A DNA stretch of 64,000 bases from Pseudomonadota bacterium (GTDB taxonomy: Bacteria > Pseudomonadota > Gammaproteobacteria > GCA-001735895), in assembly GCA_022563685.1 (NCBI GenBank), contig JADFMY010000003.1, positions 4,505 to 68,504 on the forward strand. Direction: 5' to 3'. The notes below the pieces were generated by a model. That model was given only the letters and a program-made list of their open reading frames with translations, did not search any database and was not told the origin of the DNA. Shown piece after piece: positions 28,466 through 37,260 of this stretch. Position numbers and translations under genes: made by a program. Numbering within the stretch: position 1 is the stretch's first letter; each line of letters begins with the position of its first letter.

Positions 28466-29338
28466 TCAAGCGTCAATTCTTACGTTTTGTCTGCGTACTA
28501 ACCGTTGCATCATCCGCAAATCTTTACTGGTCAATTGAAATGCAGCATCGACCCAGATTTTCGCAACTTCAATTAATTCGTCATAACTAATCTTGTTACA
28601 AATATCGCGCACCTTTCTAATCGCACTATAGGAATTTGAATAACGATTCGCGGCCTTGATGTATTTATAGACTTCCATTTCTCCTTTACCTTTTTCAGCG
28701 AGGATATCGACTATGCCCATTTCAAATAATTCTTCTGCAGTGTACAGCTTACCGCTGAGAATAATTTTTTCAGCCAGGGAAGTGCCCACCTTTCTAGATA
28801 GCAATGAATAGGCCCCCATACCTGGGAACAGATTAAACAAAACTTCGGGCAATCCCATTTTTACGCCTTTTTCTGCAATCACCACATTACTGGCCAAGGC
28901 TGCTTCAAATCCTCCACCAAGTGCATCACCCTGAACCAGAGCGATGGTAGTCAGCTCACAATCCAGGTGGTTCATATTTTCATGCAATATATCGATGCAC
29001 TTGATTGCATAATTGAACAAACCCTCCCGATCATTTTGATCGATACAGCGTTTGAACAGGTTCAGATCTCCACCCAGATTAAATACACCATCGACATCTG
29101 AGCCAATAATAACGTAATCATATTTTTCACCCTTACTCTCGTGCATTTCTTCCTTGATAGTGCGAATATAATTGTGAAACTCAGATAGCAGCCTGGGAGT
29201 AAAACAAGGTCTTGGTTCGCTTTTCATCAAACACCAGGAAATTTTGTATTTGCTATCGTAATGGATCCTTAGGTGCTTTTCCGGTGCTTCGCTAGGTAGG
29301 AAATGAGTTGATTGATTTAATAGTGCTACGTTGCTCAT
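28466..29338 (-). CDS. rpfF: DSF synthase RpfF (crotonase family)
   Basis: RPCFTP.LL, FNLGGDL, GDALGGGFE and LPEVLFNLFPGMGAYS (both catalytic Glu present); convergent with rpfC. Confidence 0.92.
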   Translation of the reverse strand: MSNVALLNQSTHFLPSEAPEKHLRIHYDSKYKISWCLMKSEPRPCFTPRLLSEFHNYIRTIKEEMHESKGEKYDYVIIGSDVDGVFNLGGDLNLFKRCIDQNDREGLFNYAIKCIDILHENMNHLDCELTTIALVQGDALGGGFEAALASNVVIAEKGVKMGLPEVLFNLFPGMGAYSLLSRKVGTSLAEKIILSGKLYTAEELFEMGIVDILAEKGKGEMEVYKYIKAANRYSNSYSAIRKVRDICNKISYDELIEVAKIWVDAAFQLTSKDLRMMQRLVRRQNVRIDA

Positions 29339-29524
29339 CTTTCTCTCCGGTTATCTTCTTTATTTTGATCTCAAATTTTGCATCGAGATTTTCTTTGAAA
29401 TCATTCGATTATGTGGCGCCTGAGTAGGAGTCGTGAACTGCCGTTTTTGGCACCTTCCCGAAATTGCCTCCGGGTCCTTTGTAGGGATCTAATTTAACGG
29501 ATAGAATTTTGAATGCAAGCGAAC

Positions 29525-29540
29525 TGTGAACAGGGTCACA
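29525..29540. promoter_or_regulatory. CRP/Clp consensus binding site upstream of rpfF
   Basis: TGTGA-ACAGGG-TCACA, an exact TGTGA-N6-TCACA match, about 190 bp upstream of the rpfF start. Confidence 0.65.
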
Positions 29541-29805
29541 TTTTTAGTATGAGAAGTCACTCGAAGTTAATCGAGTATATTATTGAAATTACTTGATTAA
29601 TTTATAAATAAAAATTTAAAAAAAAATTCAAAAAAAGTACTAAAAATGCCCTAAAAGCGGCTAAATTGCCTTAATAAGATGCCTGAAGTCATTGATTTGA
29701 TGGCAATAATTTTTAGATATCAGGCATTTTTTCGTTTTTATCCGCCACTGATGGGCTAAGGTAATTGACGGTTATTTTTACTACAGTGAGGGGCCAAAAA
29801 GAGGT

Positions 29806-30006
29806 TTAATCCTGCTCTTCAATCCATGCCATTTGAATCGCTTCCAGTATTTTTTCACTCGACCTTTCTGGTTCATCGTCGAAGTCATCCAGTGCACACA
29901 CCCACGCGTGCAAATCGGTAAATCGGATATATTGTGGGTCGACATCGTCATGAATTTCCGATAATTCGATGGCTAATTCCAGCGTATCTGTCCATTTTAA
30001 ACTCAT
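29806..30006 (-). CDS. iscX: Fe-S assembly protein IscX
   Basis: LKWTD..E.AI.L, DP..IRFTDL..WV, EKILEAIQMAWIEE. Confidence 0.93.
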   Translation of the reverse strand: MSLKWTDTLELAIELSEIHDDVDPQYIRFTDLHAWVCALDDFDDEPERSSEKILEAIQMAWIEEQD

Positions 30007-30033
30007 ACCAAAAACCTCTATTTCAATTCACGA

Positions 30034-30372
30034 TCAATGAATTTCCGACACCATGTTAATCGTGTATTTAGGTATCTCAATGACTAGTGGCTCGTCACCC
30101 ACAATCGCCTGACAACTCAGTCTCGAATCCATATCGAGCCCCCAGGCCTTGTCAAGGTAATCGTCCTCATCTTCACTCGATTCTTCCAGAGAATCGATAC
30201 CTTCACGAACATAAACATGACAGGTCGTGCAGGCGCATGATTTTTCACAGGCATGTTCAATTTCGATACCGTTACTGAGCAGGGCATCACACAGGCTAAT
30301 ACCGGGTTCTACTTTGACGACAGCGCCCTCGGGACAGATTTCCTCGTGTGGCAGAATGATTATTTCGGGCAT
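30034..30372 (-). CDS. fdx: ISC [2Fe-2S] ferredoxin
   Basis: IEHACEKSCACTTCH, LDKAWG, SRLSCQ, IPKYTIN. Confidence 0.95.
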   Translation of the reverse strand: MPEIIILPHEEICPEGAVVKVEPGISLCDALLSNGIEIEHACEKSCACTTCHVYVREGIDSLEESSEDEDDYLDKAWGLDMDSRLSCQAIVGDEPLVIEIPKYTINMVSEIH

Positions 30373-30396
30373 ATTAGTTCTCTATCCATGTCATAA

Positions 30397-32268
30397 TTAC
30401 AGATCCACCTCGTCTACCTGCTTGCCCGCGAGCATCTGCTGAACACTGGCATTCATGCGTTTAGCCACGTAGGTTTCGCTCTCATTTTCCAACGCCTTAA
30501 TTGATTTTTTCAGTCTCTTCGCGCAGGCTGTATCGATCAGGACTTCCAGTTGATCCCGTGTCTGAACGATATTGCTCATCTCTGAATCACTGAGTAACAA
30601 TGCGCCATCGATGGCTAAAGCGGCGTCGATAGCCTGTATGACTCGCCTGGCCGCCACCTGCTGCTCCTTGAGCAATCTTGCGGAGATATCTTCATGGGCA
30701 TGATCCATCGAATCTCTTAACATGGACTCGATCTCACTGTCGGTTAAGCCGTAAGAGGGCTTAACGACGATATCTGCAGTGATACCACTGCTTGTTTCCT
30801 CGGCCGCGACCGACATGAGCCCATCGGCGTCTACCTGGTAACTGACCCTGATGCGTGCAGCACCGGCAACCATGGGCGGAAACCCGCGTAGCTCGAATCT
30901 GGCTAATGACCGACAATCGGAAACCAGCTCTCTTTCTCCCTGTAGAACATGAATTGACATCGAAGTCTGGCCGTCCTTGAAGGTCGTAAACTCCTGGGCT
31001 CTCGATACGGGAATAGGCGTGTTACGGTTTATTATTTTTTCACTCAATCCGCCCATCGTTTCAATGCAAAGCGAAAGCGGCAGCACATCGAGTAGCAGCA
31101 TCTCTTCATCGGGCCGATTACCCGCCAGCACATTAGCCTGAATCGCAGCACCTATGGCTACCACCCGGTCCGGGTCCAGGTCAGCCATGGGCTTGCGTTC
31201 GAAAAACTCGCCAACCATTTGATATACCTTTGGAATCCGCGTCGAGCCACCAACCATCAGAACATCGTCGATTTGTTGTTTGCTGAGATCGGCGTCACGC
31301 AATACGCGCCGGCATGACTTCAGGGTTTTATCGATCAACGGCCGGATCAATTCAGTCATTTGTTCGCGGCTAATTTCACCCTGCCATTGGCAGCCATCGT
31401 GCCCAACATCGATTTCAGCAATATCATGATAAGTTAAATACTCCTTGGCATTCCTGGCGGCTATCAGTATTTTTCTTGCCAGTATCGCGCCAATATCTTT
31501 AAAACCGGCACGCGATATAATCCATTCGCCTAGCGCATGATCCATATCGTCACCGCCCAGAGCGCTATCGCCACCCGTGGCTAACACTTCAAACACACCC
31601 TTGTTCAAGCGCAATATAGAAATATCGAATGTGCCGCCTCCCAGGTCGTACACCGCGATGATTCCATCATTTTTCTGGTCCAGACCGTAGGCTACCGCCG
31701 CCGCGGTAGGCTCATTGAGCAAGCGGAACACATTCAATTGAGCAAGCCTGGCGGCATCCCGGGTTGCCTGGCGTTGGGCATCGTCGAAATAGGCGGGTAC
31801 GGTAATTACGACGCCATACAGTTCGTCGTCCAGCGATTGTTGCGCACGCGTTGCCAGGGCCTTTAAAATTTCTGCAGAAACTTCTACCGCACTGACCAGC
31901 CCTCTGGAAGTTTGAATTCTGGGTACATTCGAATTGGTATCGGTTTCAAACCGATAGAGCATACTATCGCCCAACTGCCTGATATCTTCGATACCCCTGC
32001 CCATCAGTCTTTTTATCGAGGAAATCGTATTGAGCGGATCGCCTGTTTGCATTTGTTGCGCCGCCTGACCCACTAAAATTTTATCTTCGCCCAGGTGAAC
32101 AATCGACGGGAGTAAATGCTGACCGGTACCGTCAGGCAAGGTCTTTGTCTCGCCGTTTCGTACCATGGCTACCAGTGAGTTGGTTGTACCCAGATCGATC
32201 CCGGCCGAGTAGCGGTGTTGGAGAGGGGCTGTAGAATGCCCAGGTTCAGTGATCTGTAAAAGCGCCAT
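30397..32268 (-). CDS. hscA: Fe-S chaperone HscA
   Basis: [45 protein letters not shown]. Confidence 0.95.
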   Translation of the reverse strand: MALLQITEPGHSTAPLQHRYSAGIDLGTTNSLVAMVRNGETKTLPDGTGQHLLPSIVHLGEDKILVGQAAQQMQTGDPLNTISSIKRLMGRGIEDIRQLGDSMLYRFETDTNSNVPRIQTSRGLVSAVEVSAEILKALATRAQQSLDDELYGVVITVPAYFDDAQRQATRDAARLAQLNVFRLLNEPTAAAVAYGLDQKNDGIIAVYDLGGGTFDISILRLNKGVFEVLATGGDSALGGDDMDHALGEWIISRAGFKDIGAILARKILIAARNAKEYLTYHDIAEIDVGHDGCQWQGEISREQMTELIRPLIDKTLKSCRRVLRDADLSKQQIDDVLMVGGSTRIPKVYQMVGEFFERKPMADLDPDRVVAIGAAIQANVLAGNRPDEEMLLLDVLPLSLCIETMGGLSEKIINRNTPIPVSRAQEFTTFKDGQTSMSIHVLQGERELVSDCRSLARFELRGFPPMVAGAARIRVSYQVDADGLMSVAAEETSSGITADIVVKPSYGLTDSEIESMLRDSMDHAHEDISARLLKEQQVAARRVIQAIDAALAIDGALLLSDSEMSNIVQTRDQLEVLIDTACAKRLKKSIKALENESETYVAKRMNASVQQMLAGKQVDEVDL

Positions 32269-32282
32269 GTTAAGATATGTTG

Positions 32283-32837
32283 CTAACCCAACTCTTCTTC
32301 GAGTTCGAATTGGAATTCCATCAGTTGATCCAGCACTCGTTGGATAAACTGCATTTTACGGCAGCTCTGTCTAGCTGCATTTAACTTTCCCTGGCCGAAG
32401 CAGGATTCAAACTCATTACTGTACTCCTGATTTTTTAAACGCAGTTTTGCAGCAATTCGCTCGCAGCAATCAAGCGGACTTGGGTCAGTACGGCACTCAT
32501 CCATTTCTTCCCTTATGCTGATTTGTTCCATCAGGAATTCGGTATCCGAGGTAGTTTGCGATTCATCGGACATGTCTTCACCGTTGATCTGGAGCATATA
32601 ACGCGCCCTTTTGACTGGATTCAACAGAGTTTCATAAGCCTGGTTGATCCAGGCAGCCTGCTGCACCGAAAGTCGCCTTTCCCGCTCGTTGGCATTAACG
32701 AATCGGTCAGGGTGAAATATGGACTGTAAGCGTTGCTGTTCTGAGTGTAATTTCCGGGTGTCGATATCGAAGCCTAAATTCAGACCAAAAAGCGCGAAAT
32801 AGTCCTGTTTCAGGTCCAGTGTCGGCATTTTGAACAT
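32283..32837 (-). CDS. hscB: Co-chaperone HscB
   Basis: DYFALFGL, J-domain [21 protein letters not shown]. Confidence 0.93.
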   Translation of the reverse strand: MFKMPTLDLKQDYFALFGLNLGFDIDTRKLHSEQQRLQSIFHPDRFVNANERERRLSVQQAAWINQAYETLLNPVKRARYMLQINGEDMSDESQTTSDTEFLMEQISIREEMDECRTDPSPLDCCERIAAKLRLKNQEYSNEFESCFGQGKLNAARQSCRKMQFIQRVLDQLMEFQFELEEELG

Positions 32838-32852
32838 CTATACTGAATTACC

Positions 32853-33176
32853 TTAAATAGTAAAACTTTCGCCACAACCACACTCGTCTTTGGCATTAGG
32901 ATTTTTAAATTGAAAACCCTCGTTCAATCCCACGCGGGCATAATCGACTTCGGTACCATCCAGGAACACCAGGCTCTTTCGATCTACCACGATCTTGACG
33001 CCCCTGGATTCGAATACTTCGTCGTCGCTTTGTAGTTCGTCGACGAACTCGATCACATAGGCCAGGCCCGAGCAGCCCGTGGTCTTGACCCCGAGACGCA
33101 AGCCAATGCCCTTGCCTCGATTAGCAAGAAATTGCTGAACCCTTGTCGCGGCAACATCTGTCAACTCAATCGCCAT
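32853..33176 (-). CDS. iscA: Fe-S carrier IscA
   Basis: [15 protein letters not shown]...ECGCGESF. Confidence 0.95.
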   Translation of the reverse strand: MAIELTDVAATRVQQFLANRGKGIGLRLGVKTTGCSGLAYVIEFVDELQSDDEVFESRGVKIVVDRKSLVFLDGTEVDYARVGLNEGFQFKNPNAKDECGCGESFTI

Positions 33177-33189
33177 TTTCTAACCTCTA

Positions 33190-34338
33190 TCAAACCGCCA
33201 CCTGGCGGATAACGGCTGGCAGCCTGTTAATCAATTCCTTCAACTTACTCACCAGTGCTTCAACTTCCTGCAAAGTGTTATTCGATCCAAAACTCACACG
33301 TACAGCATTCAATGCCAGGTTATCGTCTATACCCATCGCTTTCAATACGTGACTCGGACTGGTGACTTCGCTATGACAGGCCGAGCCACTGGACAATGCA
33401 AACCCTGCTCTGTCCAGTTCCATTAACAATGTCTCTCCGTGATAGTATGGCAATGAAAAGTAAGTAGTATTGGGCAGGCGCTCTAGCTCACGCCCAAAAA
33501 TCACCACGCCAGGAATTGCTGCCAACCTGGTTTCAAGTACTTCTCTCAATTGTGTTAGATGATGACGTTTTTGTTGCATTTCAAGCGCCGCAAGTTGTGC
33601 CGCCTTACCCAGGCCAGCAATCATCGCTACATTTTCGGTGCCGGCACGACGATTTTTTTCCTGCTCGCCTCCACTAATCAGAATGTTTCCGGGGTTTTTA
33701 TTTACGATCAGTGCACCTATACCCTGCGGACCCTGCATTTTATGCCCCGACAGAGTCAGGGCTCCAACCCCCAATTGCACCATATCGACTGGTATCTTGC
33801 CCACCGCCTGCGTGGCATCGGTATGCACCAGGCAAGTCTTCGGATCGACCAGCTCTCCAAGTTCTTTCACTGGTTGAATGACGCCGGTTTCGTTATTCGC
33901 GAGTATGACCGACAGCATTTGAGGATTATTTTCCTTCAATACCGACTGCGCCAGGTCCAGATCGACCTGTCCCTCCGTATTAACTTTGAGGTGGGTGACT
34001 CGGATTCCTGATTTTTCGAGCTGTACTAAGGGCTGTAATATACTGGGATGCTCGATCTCAGTGCTTACTACCGGACGCGAGTCATCAGGGTCGGCAAAAC
34101 CCTTAAGCATTAAATTGTTGGCTTCAGAACCGCCGGAAGTAAAAATAACCGATTCGACCGAGCCGTTAACCAGTTCGGCTAACTGCCCTCTCGCCGTTTC
34201 TATCGCCGATCGTGCCATACGGCCTGTGCTGTGCAAACTCGATGCATTGCCAATCGGTTGACGCAGGCAGGATGAGATCGTCTCAAGCACTTCGGGATGC
34301 ATCGGCGAGCTTGCATTATGATCAAAATAGGTTTGCAT
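33190..34338 (-). CDS. iscS: Class I cysteine desulfurase (short IscS/NifS-like)
   Basis: FDHNASSP, FTSGGSEANN, ANNETG, PLP Lys in SGHK, catalytic Cys in SSGSAC. 382 aa, lacking the SPLW-type C-terminal tail. Confidence 0.85.
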   Translation of the reverse strand: MQTYFDHNASSPMHPEVLETISSCLRQPIGNASSLHSTGRMARSAIETARGQLAELVNGSVESVIFTSGGSEANNLMLKGFADPDDSRPVVSTEIEHPSILQPLVQLEKSGIRVTHLKVNTEGQVDLDLAQSVLKENNPQMLSVILANNETGVIQPVKELGELVDPKTCLVHTDATQAVGKIPVDMVQLGVGALTLSGHKMQGPQGIGALIVNKNPGNILISGGEQEKNRRAGTENVAMIAGLGKAAQLAALEMQQKRHHLTQLREVLETRLAAIPGVVIFGRELERLPNTTYFSLPYYHGETLLMELDRAGFALSSGSACHSEVTSPSHVLKAMGIDDNLALNAVRVSFGSNNTLQEVEALVSKLKELINRLPAVIRQVAV

Positions 34339-34343
34339 AGATT

Positions 34344-34802
34344 CTACAGCTGGTTATGCGAGTTTTGCCGCAAGTCATGGTTGCGTGACAATGCTTTGAC
34401 CTCCTCGCTTTCTATCATATCCGCAAGCGAAATGGTGGTCAGATATTCCTGGATCTGATCGCTCAATTCCTCCCAGAGCTGTTCGGTCAGGCAGGGTTCA
34501 TAATAAGCTGAATTCTGCCCGGCATCCTTGTTGGTCACCTTCATTTTATCGTCTACCGCATTGATTACATCCGCTATACAGACATCCTGCGGCGAATTAC
34601 CGAGACTATAACCACCACCGGGCCCCCTGGTACTCACCACGAGGTTATTACGCCGCATTTTGGCAAACAATTGTTCCAGATATGACAAAGAGATGCCCTG
34701 ACGTACCGAAATATCAGCCAGTGAAACTGGCCCCTGGTCGGAGTGCATAACCATGTCCAGCAGCGAAGTCACTGCATAACGACTCTTGGTGGATAAGCGC
34801 AT
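34344..34802 (-). CDS. iscR: Rrf2 family regulator IscR with degenerate Fe-S ligands
   Basis: MRLSTKSRYAV...RQGISLSYLEQLF...RGPGGGY; ligand region reads KVTNKDAGQNSAYYEPCLTEQLW. Start at 34802. Confidence 0.9.
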   Translation of the reverse strand: MRLSTKSRYAVTSLLDMVMHSDQGPVSLADISVRQGISLSYLEQLFAKMRRNNLVVSTRGPGGGYSLGNSPQDVCIADVINAVDDKMKVTNKDAGQNSAYYEPCLTEQLWEELSDQIQEYLTTISLADMIESEEVKALSRNHDLRQNSHNQL

Positions 34803-34839
34803 AAGAATTACTGCCTGGTGATAATTAGTACAAGTATAC

Positions 34840-34864
34840 AATCCTGACTAAATTGGTCAACTAT
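34840..34864 (-). promoter_or_regulatory. Type-1 IscR binding site
   Basis: Minus strand ATAGTTGACCAATTTAGTCAGGATT closely matches the type-1 motif ATASYYGACTRWWWYAGTCRRSTAT, 37 bp upstream of iscR. Confidence 0.8.
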
Positions 34865-34913
34865 TAAGATTAAAAGCTGCTTGCCTTTTGCCTGTACAGA
34901 TAGCAGTCATTGT

Positions 34914-35636
34914 TCAGGATTTATATTTTTCGACCGAACTGAGGATTCCCCTGAGAATGTTGACTTCAGTTAGGCTCAGGTCGATTCTTTGATACAGGCG
35001 TCTCAAGCGTTGCATCAACAGCCCGGGGTTGTCCGGATCGAGAAACCGGGTCGTTACCAGCACCTGTTCAAGATGCGCGAAGTAACCTTGCAGATCACCG
35101 CTCGTAGCGATGGGTTCACTCGATTCCAGCGTCCGTGCTTCTGATCCATTATCAACCATCCGAAAGATTTCGTAACAAAGCACCTGGATCGCAGACGCGA
35201 CATTGAGCGAGTTGAATTCCGGGTTGGTCGGGATACTCACGCTAAAGTGACAGAGTTGTAGCTCCTCGTTGCTCAGGCCGGAGTGTTCGGGTCCAAATAC
35301 CAGGGCTACCTTCGACTGGTCACTTAAACGCCATATTTTCTGCGCCATTTGTTCTGGACTCAATTCGGGCCAGGGCATTGAACGACTACGCGCGCTGGTC
35401 GCAATCACCAGTGCGCAGTCTTTGATTGCCTGTTGCAGGCTATCCGTAGTTTTTCTCTGATCCAGGATCGCATGAGCGCCCGAGGCCCTGGCGTAAGCTA
35501 TTTCACCTACCGGACACTGAGGGTTTACCATTACCAGGTTGGGAACACACATGTTGTGCATCGCTCTCGCAGCGGCTCCGATATTACCGGGGTGAGTGGT
35601 TCCTGCCATTACGATACTTATATTATCTATTTTCAT
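34914..35636 (-). CDS. trmJ: tRNA (C32/U32) 2'-O-methyltransferase TrmJ
   Basis: THPGNIGAAARAM, ATSARSR, VFGPE.SGLSNEEL, SLNVA.A, EVNILRGIL. Confidence 0.92.
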   Translation of the reverse strand: MKIDNISIVMAGTTHPGNIGAAARAMHNMCVPNLVMVNPQCPVGEIAYARASGAHAILDQRKTTDSLQQAIKDCALVIATSARSRSMPWPELSPEQMAQKIWRLSDQSKVALVFGPEHSGLSNEELQLCHFSVSIPTNPEFNSLNVASAIQVLCYEIFRMVDNGSEARTLESSEPIATSGDLQGYFAHLEQVLVTTRFLDPDNPGLLMQRLRRLYQRIDLSLTEVNILRGILSSVEKYKS

Positions 35637-35772
35637 GTCTTCGTTGGTTTTTTCTGTTTTCCCGATCCTGACCGAACCGAGGCTTCGAACTTTGTATGCC
35701 AGTATGGTTTAGTGATAGGGGCTCTGCTAGACTGCGCGCCACTATAATACACCCCTGGCGAGACCTGGCACC

Positions 35773-36567
35773 ATGCAACCCATGTTGAATATTGCAGTTC
35801 GAGCGGCCCGAATCGCAGGTGATTATATCATCCGAAAATTAAATCGCTTACCGGATTTAAAGGTTGAGACCAAGGCGCGAAATGATTACGTCACCGAGGT
35901 CGACCGCCAGGCAGAAGAGCGTATTATCGACACGCTACTCAAGGCTTACCCAAACCACGGCATACTGGCAGAAGAGACTGGCGAGACCCTGGGTAGCGAG
36001 GCCTATCGTTGGATTATCGACCCGCTCGATGGCACCACCAATTTCATACATGGCTTCCCTCACTTTGCGGTATCGATCGCCTGTCAGCACGAGAGTCGGT
36101 TGGAACACGCGGTTATCTACGATCCGTTTAAACAGGAATTATTTACCGCCAGCCGTGGCGATGGCGCCACATTAAATAACCGGCGCATTCGTGTCAGTAG
36201 TATAAAATCCACCACCGGCGCTTTACTGGGAACCGGCTTTCCGTTTAGACACCATGAGCAATTGAATGCATTTCTAAAACTATTCAGCGAATTTTTTACC
36301 ACAGCAACCGATATACGCCGCGCCGGTTCGGCCGCACTAGACCTTGCTTATGTTGCCGCAGGCAGGCTCGATGGTTTTTGGGAAGATGGCCTGAAAGCCT
36401 GGGACATCGCGGCCGGCGCCCTGATCATCCGCGAAGCCGGTGGCATCGTCACCGATTACAATGGCGATGAGCATTACCTTGAACTCGGACAGGTTATTGC
36501 AGGCAACCCCAAAATACTGAGTGAAATGCTAAGGAAAATACGCCAGCACACCCACCAGGGCAGTTAA
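35773..36567 (+). CDS. suhB: Inositol monophosphatase / Nus factor SuhB
   Basis: MQPMLNIAVRAAR, WIIDPLDGTTNF, RRAGSAALDLAYVA, WDIAAG. Confidence 0.95.
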   Translation: MQPMLNIAVRAARIAGDYIIRKLNRLPDLKVETKARNDYVTEVDRQAEERIIDTLLKAYPNHGILAEETGETLGSEAYRWIIDPLDGTTNFIHGFPHFAVSIACQHESRLEHAVIYDPFKQELFTASRGDGATLNNRRIRVSSIKSTTGALLGTGFPFRHHEQLNAFLKLFSEFFTTATDIRRAGSAALDLAYVAAGRLDGFWEDGLKAWDIAAGALIIREAGGIVTDYNGDEHYLELGQVIAGNPKILSEMLRKIRQHTHQGS

Positions 36568-36590
36568 AACTGGTCGATCCCACCTTTATG

Positions 36591-36605
36591 ATAAGCCTGG
36601 CTTAT
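36591..36605. promoter_or_regulatory. LysR-type (T-N11-A, CbbR-like TNA-N7-TNA) recognition box upstream of aprBA
   Basis: ATAAGC-CTG-GCTTAT perfect palindrome about 165 bp upstream of aprB. Confidence 0.5.
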
Positions 36606-36770
36606 ACCCGCACAAGTGAAATCAAATTGAATTCCCCCCAGATTAATCTATTCTGGCTCAATCGGCGATATCTGCTTACCGTCACGCCCACATTATCGGC
36701 ACTTCGCTCGCCAGGTAATCGGATAAATCAGTCAAAACATTAATAACACGACAAAACCTGAGGAAAAATC

Positions 36771-37238
36771 ATGCCCACATTCGTACGTACAGAAAAGTGT
36801 GACGGTTGCAAGGGTCAGGATAAAACCGCCTGCGAGTATATTTGCCCCCATGACCTGATGAAACTCGATAAGGATGGGTCGGCGACCGGCCACGTCATGA
36901 AGGCGTATAACCAGGAGCCCGAGCAATGCTGGGAATGTTACTCCTGCGTCAAAATATGCCCGCAAAATGCGATCGAATGCCGACATTATGCGGATATCGT
37001 ACCCTTGGGCGGCTCGGTACAACCGCTACGTGGCAGCGACTCGATCATGTGGACCATCAAATTTCGCAATGGCAACATGAAACGCTTTAAATTCCCGATC
37101 AGAACCACCCCGGAAGGTTCGATCGACCCTTATGCAGGCAAACCAGATGCGGACATGTCCAAAATCGAAGAGCCTGGTTTCTTTTGCCAGGACAAGGGTT
37201 TTCGCGCGGGTGATCCCAGCGAACTGATTTGTCTATAA
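36771..37238 (+). CDS. aprB: Adenylylsulfate reductase beta subunit
   Basis: MPTFV..EKCDGCKGQDKTAC..ICPHDLM, NQEPEQCWECYSCVKICP, KRFKFPIRTTPEGS. Confidence 0.96.
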   Translation: MPTFVRTEKCDGCKGQDKTACEYICPHDLMKLDKDGSATGHVMKAYNQEPEQCWECYSCVKICPQNAIECRHYADIVPLGGSVQPLRGSDSIMWTIKFRNGNMKRFKFPIRTTPEGSIDPYAGKPDADMSKIEEPGFFCQDKGFRAGDPSELICL

Positions 37239-37260
37239 CCCCGGCAACTGGAGAATAATT

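Noticed and set aside
29400-29500. c-di-GMP riboswitch or sigma54 promoter upstream of rpfF
   Set aside because: No GGCAAA/GAAA/GCAAA architecture was recognisable by eye. TGGCAC (29448) and TTGC (29464) give 15 nt between GG and GC instead of the required 10.
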